35,484 nt of DNA from Dehalococcoidales bacterium (GTDB lineage Bacteria; Chloroflexota; Dehalococcoidia; Dehalococcoidales; UBA5760), in NCBI GenBank assembly GCA_046498175.1, contig JAWOBD010000060.1, forward strand, positions 1 to 35,484. Direction: 5' to 3'. Of the stretch, positions 9,931-18,502 are shown piece by piece; position 1 is the stretch's first letter; each line of letters starts with the position of its first letter. Made by a program: the position numbers and the translations under genes. Below the pieces are notes generated by a model. It made no database searches, was not told where the DNA came from, and worked only from the letters and a program-made list of their open reading frames with translations.

Positions 9931-9960
9931 GGATTACTACATGCAGTAATCCATTTTTTC
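9931..9960 (+). terminator. Intrinsic-terminator-like hairpin plus T-tract. It is either the hisD terminator or an attenuator in the AOR leader.
   Basis: GGATTACT (9931-9938), loop ACATGC, AGTAATCC (9945-9952), then ATTTTTTC. The stem is AU-rich and only 8 bp. Confidence 0.5.
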
Positions 9961-10014
9961 TAAACAGGTAAGGTAATAGCTAGCGGCAAATAAATATTCA
10001 CAGGAGGGTGGCTT

Positions 10015-11898
10015 ATGTTGAAAGGTGGGTACTGGGGCAAGATTTTGTGGGTGGATCTCTCTCTCGGAAAGATAACTGAGGGTACGTTTGACGATTCATT
10101 TGCCAGGAAGTATCTGGGTGGTGTTGGTATGGCTACCAGGATAATCTCCGAGACGGTTACCGGTAATACCAATCCTTTAGGTCCCGGTAATGTGCTGGTC
10201 TTCGCTACTGGGCCATATCAGGCAGCGAATATCGCCAGTGCAGGAAGGTGTTCCGTTGCTGCCAAGTCACCACTTACCGGCTTCTGGGGAGAAGGTAATG
10301 CCGGAGGTCATATTGGACCCGAACTGAAACGGGCTGGATTTGATGCCGTGGTTATTACCGGAAGGGCAAGTAATCCAGTCTATCTGTGGATCAACGATGG
10401 AGAGGCAGAGATTAGAGATGCTGGTGAATTCTGGGGGATGGATGCAGTTGAAACGACTGCGGCTTTGAAGGAGGCGGTTGGCAATCCCAAGGCGGCGGTT
10501 ACATCTATTGGGCCAGCTGGTGAGAACCTGGTCCGATTTGCCTGCATAGCCAACGATAATCATGGTTATTTCGGGCGGGGTGGTATGGGTGCTGTTATGG
10601 GTTCCAAGAACCTGAAGGCTTTGGTCACCAGGGGAACCCTTAAGCCCCCGGTCAGTGATGCCGATAAACTCAGGGAGATATATAAAGAAATTCTGGCCAG
10701 GGCCAAGGATGCGCCATTCACTTTGGATAACTCTCAACACGGTCAGGCCTCGGCGACCGTGCCCAGGGAGGAAAACGGGCTTTTGCCGATGAAGAATTTT
10801 AGTCTTGATAGATGGCCTGAAGGTGCTGCCAAGATAGGTACTCCGTACTATACGGAGGAGCTACAGATCAAGAGGTGGCCCTGTCCCGCGTGTATAATGG
10901 GGTGTCACAGAAGGATTACAAACCCGAAATATCAGCCTGCGGAGACGGGTGGCCCGGAGTATGAGACGTTGGGGATGCTCGGTGCGAACCTTCTGGTGGA
11001 TGATTTGGCTGCAATAGTAAGGGCTAATGAGCTTTGTGGTAGATATACGTTAGATACCATTGATCTAGGTGGTGTGTTGGGCTGGGCTTTTGAGTGCTAC
11101 GAAAACGGCTTAATAACCAAGGAAGATACTGACGGCATAGCACTCGAATGGGGGAGTGGAGATGCTCTAGTAAAGATGACAGAGAAGATAGCCAAAAGAG
11201 AAGGTATCGGTAATCTCATGGCGGAAGGGCTGAGGGCCTGTGTTGATCGTATTCCGGGGTCAAGACTCTATGCTATCGAATCACTAGGTCAGACTATAGG
11301 GGCACACGATCCCAGGGCATTCTTCGGCCAGACCATAACCACCATTGCCTCGACAAGAGGAGGCTGTCACCTGCATGGGTTTGCTGAGCTGTTTGACCTG
11401 GGTGTTATGCTTCCTGAGATAGGCATTACCGAAGGAACTGACAGGTTTGATGTGAACAAGAAGGGTTATGCCGGAGCGATCTATCAGGATATTCAGCAAT
11501 TCTGGAACAGCATTACCTGGTGTTTTTTCTATTTTGTCTCCGGAGTTACGTTGAGTGACGAAGTTAACATGCTGAATGCAATAACGGGATGGGATGTAAC
11601 CCCGGCAGAAGCCCAGAAGATAGGTGAACGCATCGTGTGTATGCAGCAGATGTTCAATCTGGAAATGGGAATGGTACCGGAACAGGAGAACGTAATGCCG
11701 GAGCGCCTTACGAAGCCACATAAAGAGGGTGGCGCTGCTGGTCAGGTACCGCCGTGGCAGGATATCCTGAATGAATACTGGGAAACCAAGGGATGGAACA
11801 AGGGGATTCCTAGCAGGGAAAAAATTGAGGAGTTGGGTATCAGTGATCTGGAATCGAAAAAAACTCTTCGGACCGTAGCCGTTGATTACAGGGATTGA
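10015..11898 (+). CDS. aor: Aldehyde:ferredoxin oxidoreductase family enzyme (tungstopterin / 4Fe-4S)
   Basis: 627 aa. The N-terminus GGYWGKILWVDLSLGKI...KYLGGVGMA is typical of AOR. The cluster ligands CPACIMGC (Cx2Cx3C) plus RGGCHLHG are present. A strong AGGAGGG RBS precedes the ATG. Confidence 0.9.
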   Translation: MLKGGYWGKILWVDLSLGKITEGTFDDSFARKYLGGVGMATRIISETVTGNTNPLGPGNVLVFATGPYQAANIASAGRCSVAAKSPLTGFWGEGNAGGHIGPELKRAGFDAVVITGRASNPVYLWINDGEAEIRDAGEFWGMDAVETTAALKEAVGNPKAAVTSIGPAGENLVRFACIANDNHGYFGRGGMGAVMGSKNLKALVTRGTLKPPVSDADKLREIYKEILARAKDAPFTLDNSQHGQASATVPREENGLLPMKNFSLDRWPEGAAKIGTPYYTEELQIKRWPCPACIMGCHRRITNPKYQPAETGGPEYETLGMLGANLLVDDLAAIVRANELCGRYTLDTIDLGGVLGWAFECYENGLITKEDTDGIALEWGSGDALVKMTEKIAKREGIGNLMAEGLRACVDRIPGSRLYAIESLGQTIGAHDPRAFFGQTITTIASTRGGCHLHGFAELFDLGVMLPEIGITEGTDRFDVNKKGYAGAIYQDIQQFWNSITWCFFYFVSGVTLSDEVNMLNAITGWDVTPAEAQKIGERIVCMQQMFNLEMGMVPEQENVMPERLTKPHKEGGAAGQVPPWQDILNEYWETKGWNKGIPSREKIEELGISDLESKKTLRTVAVDYRD

Positions 11899-11960
11899 TA
11901 TATTAACCGGGTAGCGGTAATGTAATCAGGGTTTAACATCTATATAAAGTCCTAGAAATT

Positions 11961-12000
11961 ACAGGAGAGCCACAGCATAATGGCTCTCCTGTTTATATTA
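11961..12000 (+). terminator. Rho-independent terminator after the AOR gene
   Basis: A perfect 12-bp stem, ACAGGAGAGCCA (11961-11972) / TGGCTCTCCTGT (11981-11992), with an 8-nt loop, followed by TTTATATTA. Confidence 0.75.
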
Positions 12001-12051
12001 TGCCTTTCGTTGCTTGTTTCCTGAAAGCCGATATGATAATCTGGATTTTCG

Positions 12052-12060
12052 TGTTAGAAT
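12052..12060 (+). promoter_or_regulatory. Candidate extended -10 promoter (TGtTAGAAT) for hisC-hisB
   Basis: The element lies downstream of the AOR terminator and 36 nt upstream of the preferred hisC ATG (12096). Confidence 0.45.
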
Positions 12061-12095
12061 ATAGCGCGTTTACCTTTTACATGGGGGTTAAAGAA

Positions 12096-13205
12096 ATGCC
12101 GGAGCAAGGTGGAATAGAAGGACTGATAAGAACCTGCCTGTTCGATTTCGGAGGATACAGTGTGCGTAAATCAGCGGAGGAACTGAAAGAGGAATTTGGC
12201 TTTGCTCCGGATAAGGTGCTAAAGCTGGATGCCAACGAGAATCCCTACGGCTGTTCGCCGCGGGTAAACCGGGCTCTTGCTTCCTGTGGTGAGATAAATA
12301 TCTATGCCGATGCCAGGCAGCGGGAACTCAGTGATTTACTTGCCGGCTATACCGGGGTCAGCTCGGAAAAAATTGTATCGGGCAATGGTAGCTGTGAATT
12401 GATCGATCTTCTTTTCCGACTTTTCGTTGAACCCGGTGACGAAGTAATAGTAACCGTACCCACCTTCATTATGTACGCTTTCAGCGCTCATATCTGCAAT
12501 GCCACTCTGAATGAGGTGCCCAGAAAAAGGGACTTTTCCTTAAATGTTGATGCTATAAAGGGGGCAATAAATAAAAGGACCAAGATGATATTCGTCGACA
12601 ACCCCAACAACCCAACCGGCAACCTTGCCAGCAGGGAGGAAATACTCGAGTTGCTCGACACCGGTCTGCCGGTGATTGTGGATGAAGCCTATTATGAATT
12701 CGGTGGGAATACCATGGCACCGATGATGAAGGATTACGATAATTTGATGGTGCTGCGCACCTTCAGTAAATGGGCAGGGCTTGCTGGGCTCAGGATTGGT
12801 TATGGTATGTTTCCGTCTCTGGTTGCAGATTGCCTTATGAGGATCAAACTTCCCTATAACGTGAACGTAGCGGCAATAATCGCCGTTCGTGAATCACTGA
12901 AAGATATGGACTACTTGATGGGGAATGTAAGTGCGATAATTCAAGAGCGGGAGCGGATGTTGGGTAAGCTCCGGGAGACCGAATTTCTGGATCCTCTTCC
13001 TTCCCGGGCCAATTTTATCCTGTGCCGGGTTGAGGACGGTATGGCCTCCAAGATCTATCAGAATTTGCAGAGGGAGGGTGTTCAGGTGCGCTATTTCAGT
13101 ACACCGCTATTGAAAGACTATATCCGTATCAGTGTGGGTAAACCGGAGCATACTGATATACTTGTTGGAGCACTCCAAAAGATAGGGGAGGGGACAAATG
13201 GTTAA
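12096..13205 (+). CDS. hisC: Histidinol-phosphate aminotransferase
   Basis: LDANENPYG motif and the PLP-lysine motif [16 protein letters not shown]. The ORF track starts at 12000, which lies inside the terminator. ATG 12096 (GGGGG 8 nt upstream) gives a typical 369 aa. Confidence 0.9.
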   Translation: MPEQGGIEGLIRTCLFDFGGYSVRKSAEELKEEFGFAPDKVLKLDANENPYGCSPRVNRALASCGEINIYADARQRELSDLLAGYTGVSSEKIVSGNGSCELIDLLFRLFVEPGDEVIVTVPTFIMYAFSAHICNATLNEVPRKRDFSLNVDAIKGAINKRTKMIFVDNPNNPTGNLASREEILELLDTGLPVIVDEAYYEFGGNTMAPMMKDYDNLMVLRTFSKWAGLAGLRIGYGMFPSLVADCLMRIKLPYNVNVAAIIAVRESLKDMDYLMGNVSAIIQERERMLGKLRETEFLDPLPSRANFILCRVEDGMASKIYQNLQREGVQVRYFSTPLLKDYIRISVGKPEHTDILVGALQKIGEGTNG

Positions 13206-13788
13206 ACGAAATTCTGTTGTTAAGAGGGAGACCGGGGAAACCAGTATCAACCTGTCACTTAACATTGACGGTAGCGGGGTGAGGGACATTAATAGTGGCA
13301 TACGGATGCTCGATCACCTGCTATCCCAGCTATCTCAGCATGGTCTATTTGACATAAAGCTTGCAGCCACAGGTGCTGACCAGCATCACGTGGTTGAGGA
13401 TGTGGCCATAACACTGGGTAAGGCCTTTGCCAAAGCACTCGGTGATAAGCGTGGTATCTACAGGATGGCTGATGCGGCCGTGCCGATGGATGATGCCCTG
13501 TCATGGGTTGTGGTGGATTTCAGCGGTCGTGGATATGCGGTGCTGGAGCTACCTTTCAACGATAACGATATGTTCGGTTTTCCCACCGACTTGGTCCGTC
13601 ATTTCCTGGAGACATTTGCCGCCGAGGCCAGAATCAACCTCCATGCCCGAATTCTATATGGCAGGAACGATCACCATAAGGTGGAATCACTGTTTAAGGC
13701 TCTCGGCAGGGCGATTGATAGTGCTACCCAGATAGATGAACGCATCAGGGATGAGTTGCCCAGTACCAAGGAATTTATCGAGGAATAG
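13198..13788 (+). CDS. hisB: Imidazoleglycerol-phosphate dehydratase (monofunctional)
   Basis: 196 aa with the [14 protein letters not shown] and [16 protein letters not shown] metal-binding motifs. It overlaps hisC by 8 nt. Confidence 0.94.
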   Translation: MVKRNSVVKRETGETSINLSLNIDGSGVRDINSGIRMLDHLLSQLSQHGLFDIKLAATGADQHHVVEDVAITLGKAFAKALGDKRGIYRMADAAVPMDDALSWVVVDFSGRGYAVLELPFNDNDMFGFPTDLVRHFLETFAAEARINLHARILYGRNDHHKVESLFKALGRAIDSATQIDERIRDELPSTKEFIEE

Positions 13789-13854
13789 AGGCAAATTCTC
13801 CTGCTTTTTTCTTTGGCTTCTCGTCGCACAACAGATAGCTATCGTATCGATGTT

Positions 13855-14763
13855 TTACGGCAGTTCTTCGCCGGTCAGTTTCTGGTAGGCGTGGCGATAT
13901 CTCCTGCTGGTAGCTTCGACAACATCGGCAGGTAAATCCGGGGCCGGTGGCTCTCTGTTCCAGCCTGAAGCGGCCAACCAGTCTCTCACCGGCTGTTTGT
14001 CGTAGCTCGGCTGGGACTGGCCTACTTTGTAGAGGCTGGTGTCCCAGAAGCGGCTCGAGTCCGGGGTTAGCAGCTCATCGACAAGAATGAGACGGTTGCT
14101 ATCCATGCCGAATTCTATCTTGGTATCGGCGATGATGATGTCGTCGGCGTTTCTCCTTGCGTAGCGATAAATTTCGAGGCTTATTCCCTTCAGTGTGCCG
14201 GCCATTTTCCTGCCTGTCATTTGTTCCATTTCCCCGGCACTCAGGGGCTGGTCATGCCCGGATTCTGCTTTGGTTGTCGGGGTGAAAATTGGTTCTGGCA
14301 GTTCCTCGCTTTCCCGCAGTCCTTCCGGTAGCGGCTCGCCGTTGACGGTACCACTATCCCGGTAATCTGCCCAGGCTGAACCGGAGATATAGCCACGTAC
14401 CACGCATTCGACGGGTATTACCTTTGATCTTTTGACAATCATTGACCTTCCTTCCAGATAAGCGGGGTAGTCAAAACGTTCGGACGGAGAGAGGTAATTA
14501 TCCAGGCAGCGGTTGTCGAGGACCGTCTCTATCAGGTGGTTATCGATTATATTCTTAGTCCTGTTGAACCAGAAAGAGGAAAGCATGTTGAGTACTCTTC
14601 CCTTGTCCGGTATTCCACAGGGCAGTACTACGTCAAAAGCGGAAATGCGGTCCGTGGTAACAATCAGCAAATGGTCACCCAGATGGTAGGTATCGCGCAC
14701 CTTGCCCCGGGAAAACAGGGGCAGGGGTATATCGCTATTCAGTAAGACCGGTTGGCTTTTCAT
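13855..14763 (-). CDS. purC: Phosphoribosylaminoimidazole-succinocarboxamide (SAICAR) synthase
   Basis: 302 aa, long-form PurC (LFSRGKVRDTY, TTDRISAFD). A 4-nt overlap with the purB stop. Confidence 0.92.
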   Translation of the reverse strand: MKSQPVLLNSDIPLPLFSRGKVRDTYHLGDHLLIVTTDRISAFDVVLPCGIPDKGRVLNMLSSFWFNRTKNIIDNHLIETVLDNRCLDNYLSPSERFDYPAYLEGRSMIVKRSKVIPVECVVRGYISGSAWADYRDSGTVNGEPLPEGLRESEELPEPIFTPTTKAESGHDQPLSAGEMEQMTGRKMAGTLKGISLEIYRYARRNADDIIIADTKIEFGMDSNRLILVDELLTPDSSRFWDTSLYKVGQSQPSYDKQPVRDWLAASGWNREPPAPDLPADVVEATSRRYRHAYQKLTGEELP

Positions 14764-16121
14764 ATTGACCTCGGTGCCATATTATAGGTTTCGCTGGAAT
14801 CCCACTTCGACTTTTCTTTCCACTGTGTGGATGTTAGCCCCACTCGTTTGAAGATATCGTCAATGTAGCGCAGGTAATATTGCTCATTGAACAGAGACTC
14901 GATTTCCTCTGGAGACATAAGTGCCGTAATTTCTTCATCGGCTTTGAGAAGCTTGAGGAAGTTCCTGTTTTTCTCCCATGTCTTCATGGCATTTCTCTGT
15001 ACCAGTTCGTATGCCTTCTGACGGGTTAATCCCTTATCTATGAGTGCCAGCATTACCCTCTGTGAAAAGACCAGGCCCTTCGTGATATCTATGTTCCGCT
15101 TCATTTTCTGGGGGTATACCAGTAGCCCGCGCATTATCGAGGTGAAAACGTTGAGACAGTAATCTAGGATCAGACAGGAATCGGGCAGGGTAATACGCTC
15201 CGTCGATGAGTGGCTGATATCTCTTTCGTGCCACAGCGGGATATTTTCCATCGAGGTTAGTGCATAACCGCGCAAAAGCCGGGCCAGACCGCAGATTCTT
15301 TCGCAGAGTTCCGGGTTCCGCTTGTGGGGCATAGCGGAGGAGCCTGTTTGGCCCGCGCTGAAAGGTTCCTCTACCTCTCGGACCTCGGTTCTCTGCAGCG
15401 CTCTCACTTCGGTGGCGAACTTTTCCAGGGAGCTGCCCATAATAGCAAGTGTTGTGGTAAATTGAGCATGGCGGTCACGCTGGATTATCTGGTTGGATAC
15501 CGGAGCTGGTGAGAGGCCCAGTTTCAGGCAGGCTTTTTCTTCCAGCGCTGGAAGTAGAGTCGCATAGGTCCCGACGGCCCCTGATATTTTACCGACGTTG
15601 ATAATTCGCTTGGCAGCACTTAGCCTTTGCCGGTGCCGCTTCATCTCTTCAATCCACAGTGCCAGTTTCAGGCCGAAGGAGATCGGTTCGGCATGGATAC
15701 CATGCGTCCGGCCGATCATTACCGTATATTTATGCTTGATTGCCTGATGAGCCATTACAGAGATAAGTTCCTTGATGTCGTGGTTCAATATGTCTATTGC
15801 CTCGATAAGCTGCAGGCTGAGTGCGGTATCGATGACATCCGATGAGGTCAGGCCAAGGTGAATAAAACGCGATTCCTTGCCCAGGCTTGCGGAAACCGAA
15901 CCGAGAAAGGCCGTGACATCATGGTGGGTTTCTTTCAGGATTTCCTCCATACGTTTGAGGTTAACACGGGCCATCTTTATTTTAGGCACTGCCTCTCTGG
16001 GAATAATGCCCAGCTCCGCCCAGGCTTCGCAAACAGCAATCTCCACCTCGAGCCACTTGTTGAACTTATTCTCGTCTGACCATACGGCTTTCATCTTTGG
16101 TAGTGAATAACGTTCAATCAT
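14760..16121 (-). CDS. purB: Adenylosuccinate lyase
   Basis: 453 aa with the fumarate-lyase signature GSSAMPHKRNP. A 4-nt overlap with purE. Confidence 0.94.
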   Translation of the reverse strand: MIERYSLPKMKAVWSDENKFNKWLEVEIAVCEAWAELGIIPREAVPKIKMARVNLKRMEEILKETHHDVTAFLGSVSASLGKESRFIHLGLTSSDVIDTALSLQLIEAIDILNHDIKELISVMAHQAIKHKYTVMIGRTHGIHAEPISFGLKLALWIEEMKRHRQRLSAAKRIINVGKISGAVGTYATLLPALEEKACLKLGLSPAPVSNQIIQRDRHAQFTTTLAIMGSSLEKFATEVRALQRTEVREVEEPFSAGQTGSSAMPHKRNPELCERICGLARLLRGYALTSMENIPLWHERDISHSSTERITLPDSCLILDYCLNVFTSIMRGLLVYPQKMKRNIDITKGLVFSQRVMLALIDKGLTRQKAYELVQRNAMKTWEKNRNFLKLLKADEEITALMSPEEIESLFNEQYYLRYIDDIFKRVGLTSTQWKEKSKWDSSETYNMAPRSI

Positions 16122-16612
16122 TTGCCCTCTCCCTGTAAGTCGCTTCTGTATTTGTCGTAGGCTTTCCTTATTTCGTCATGCTTGAGGCCCAGGATTTCGG
16201 CAGCCATATAGGCTGCGTTCTTGGCCCCGGCAGCCCCTATGGCCATGCAGGCAACCGGTATCCCGGCCGGCATCTGTACGATAGAATAGAGCGCATCTAT
16301 TCCCTTGCACTCGCTGCTGGCAAGTGGTACTCCGATGACTGGCAGGCTGGTCCAGCTGGCCAGTACTCCCGGAAGATGTGCGGCACCGCCGGCGGCTGCA
16401 ATGATGACCTCAAACCCCCTGTTTCTGGCATCCAGGCCATACTGGCGGACCTTTTCCGGCGTCCGGTGGGCGGACATTACATTCAGTTCGTATTCAATTC
16501 CCAGCCTGGTCAGAATCTCGAGTGCCGGACGAACCGCTTCCGAATCGGATTTGCTGCCCATTACTACGGATACAAGCTTCATCTGATTACCTTGCCTCCT
16601 CTCTCTGAGCAT
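16118..16612 (-). CDS. purE: N5-carboxyaminoimidazole ribonucleotide mutase (PurE)
   Basis: Motifs VVMGSKSD, SAHRTPEK and GGAAHLPGV. The real start may be ATG 16582 (MKLVSVVMGSKSD), with GGAGG at 16599-16595. Confidence 0.92.
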   Translation of the reverse strand: MLRERRQGNQMKLVSVVMGSKSDSEAVRPALEILTRLGIEYELNVMSAHRTPEKVRQYGLDARNRGFEVIIAAAGGAAHLPGVLASWTSLPVIGVPLASSECKGIDALYSIVQMPAGIPVACMAIGAAGAKNAAYMAAEILGLKHDEIRKAYDKYRSDLQGEGK

Positions 16613-16669
16613 AACTGATATTTAACGATGGTAAAAGTGATTCAGAATTTTGGGGATGGTATTTACTCA

Positions 16670-17929
16670 TTATACCATTGCGATATCTTTTCGGTAATGG
16701 CAACCCTCGAAGTGGATGTGCGAAATATTGTGGTAAACGCGCTCTCTTGCCCGGGCGATATTCGAACCGGTGCCTACTACTGTAATAACGCGCCCGCCGT
16801 CGCTGAGGATCTCTCCCTTTTTTGTACCCGTTCTGGTGCCGGCATGAAAAACCATCACGTCGCTCTCCAGATTTTCAAGACCACTGATGGGATAACCTGT
16901 GTGGTAACTGCCTGGATAGCCACCCGATGACATTACCACAGCGACGCAGGAATCACCGCTCCATTTTACATCTATCTCATCCAGATTGCCACGGCTTGTG
17001 GCCAGAAATATGTTCAACAAATCTGTCTTCAGCCGCGGCAGGATGGCCTGGGTTTCCGGATCTCCGAATCTGGCATTGAACTCCATCACCTTTGGACCCT
17101 CGCTGGTAATCATTAGTCCTGCGTAGAGGACACCCTGGTAGAGTCGGTTCTCTCTGGCCAGTGCGTCCACGGCCGGTTCGAGAATGGCCTTGGTAATTTT
17201 CTGTTCCAGCTCTCCACTGGTAAAGTGGGGAGGGCTATAGCTTCCCATACCTCCGGTGTTGGGCCCACTGTTGCCATCGTAGACTGGTTTGTAGTCGCAG
17301 GCTGGTACAATGGGAACAACCGTATTGCCATCGGTAAAGGCAAAAGCGCTCATCTCTTTTCCTGTGAGGCATTCTTCGATTATCACCCTGTCTCCGGCTG
17401 GACCGTGGATTTTGTCTACCATGGTCTGGTAAAGGGCTTCATCGGCTTCTGACAGTGAACTGGCCACGGTAACTCCTTTGCCGGCAGCGAGCCCGTCCGC
17501 CTTGATGACAACAGGGAGTTTTTGCTCGAGGAGATGTTTTTTTGCCCTATTGTAATTCGAGAAGCTGGTACCATGAGCGCAAGGAATTTGGTATTTCTGC
17601 ATTAAATGCCTGGCAAAGACCTTGCTGGATTCAATGGTAGCTGCTGATTGCGTGGGGCCGAATATTGGTATTCCATTTTCCTGAAACCGGTCGGTGATGC
17701 CAGCAGCAAGGGGTGCTTCCGGACCCACAACGACGAGGTCAATTTCGTTTTCCCGGGTTGCTTTTATTAAAGCCCTGATATCGGTGGGCTTGATATCCAG
17801 ATTGGAGGCAAGCAATGCCGTACCGGCATTGCCCGGTGCAGCGTAGAGGCGCTCAACTCTGGGGCTTTTGGCAAGCTTCCAGAGAATGGCATGCTCTCTT
17901 GCTCCCCCACCGACCACGAGTACTTTCAG
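16670..17929 (-). CDS. purD: Phosphoribosylamine--glycine ligase
   Basis: GGGAREHA, the ATP-grasp core and GDPETQ. The N-terminus is extended to CTG 17929 to restore the canonical (M)KVLVVGGGAREHA. GGAG at 17941-17938 lies 8 nt upstream of that codon. The ORF track used GTG 17917. Confidence 0.9.
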   Translation of the reverse strand: MKVLVVGGGAREHAILWKLAKSPRVERLYAAPGNAGTALLASNLDIKPTDIRALIKATRENEIDLVVVGPEAPLAAGITDRFQENGIPIFGPTQSAATIESSKVFARHLMQKYQIPCAHGTSFSNYNRAKKHLLEQKLPVVIKADGLAAGKGVTVASSLSEADEALYQTMVDKIHGPAGDRVIIEECLTGKEMSAFAFTDGNTVVPIVPACDYKPVYDGNSGPNTGGMGSYSPPHFTSGELEQKITKAILEPAVDALARENRLYQGVLYAGLMITSEGPKVMEFNARFGDPETQAILPRLKTDLLNIFLATSRGNLDEIDVKWSGDSCVAVVMSSGGYPGSYHTGYPISGLENLESDVMVFHAGTRTGTKKGEILSDGGRVITVVGTGSNIARARERVYHNISHIHFEGCHYRKDIAMV

Positions 17930-17945
17930 TTTAACTTCTCCTTTA

Positions 17946-18449
17946 CTAGGCGATCTGGTATTCTATCACCACGTCGATGTCACCCTTGGGTGTGGTGGAT
18001 TTAATGTCGATGGTATAGTAGCCTTCTTCCGGGGCGATGTACTGAAAATGCCCTTCGGCAGCTGCAAAGCACTTTCCCTTTTGCAGGTACCCCATCCCCT
18101 TATCCTCGATATCGCCGGCACCGCCGGTGCTGGTCAGATAGCCCATTGTTTCGTCTGCCGGTGTTATCACCCGGAGCATTACCGGGGCACCTTCGGCATA
18201 AAAGGATAGTGCGATTTCCTGCTCCCGCTCGAGGTAGATAGGTACGCTGTGGGAGTCGTATTCATCGGTATTCCCCGGTGCCGTGTCAGTCGAGAGCCGG
18301 AAGTTCAGCGTCTCCTGCTGGGGTTGCTCCGGTTTAGGCTCGGGATTGATATTGATATTGCTTTTTGTAATGGTTGGAGCAAATAAGATCAGCACAACGG
18401 CAATCGCACCTAGAGCAATGCCTGACTTGACAAGGCTGCCATTATTCAT
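17946..18449 (-). CDS. Hypothetical membrane-anchored/exported protein (N-terminal TM, Pro/Glu linker, ~110-aa beta-rich domain)
   Basis: 167-aa ORF. GAGG lies 6 nt upstream of the ATG. The hydrophobic segment IALGAIAVVLILFAP is followed by PEPKPEQPQQ. The C-terminal pattern EGYYTIDIKSTTPKGDIDVVIEY resembles pre-peptidase C-terminal (PPC)/beta-sandwich domains. It is embedded between guaA and purD on the same strand. Confidence 0.6.
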   Translation of the reverse strand: MNNGSLVKSGIALGAIAVVLILFAPTITKSNININPEPKPEQPQQETLNFRLSTDTAPGNTDEYDSHSVPIYLEREQEIALSFYAEGAPVMLRVITPADETMGYLTSTGGAGDIEDKGMGYLQKGKCFAAAEGHFQYIAPEEGYYTIDIKSTTPKGDIDVVIEYQIA

Positions 18450-18502
18450 TTTTTACCTCTTCTAAATGATAGTAAATTTGGTACAAAAAAGTAATATCCC
18501 TC

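Noticed and set aside
9746-10014. A Moco/Tuco riboswitch upstream of the tungsten-enzyme AOR gene.
   Set aside because: The region is AT-rich. It lacks the GC-rich multi-stem core and the conserved GCCUCC / GGAAAGG-type elements I recall for that motif.
13789-13854. The T6 tract (GCTTTTTTC) after hisB, considered as an intrinsic terminator shared with convergent purC.
   Set aside because: I could not find a convincing stem preceding the T-tract. Only 3-5 bp interrupted pairings are possible, so it is not reported as a feature.
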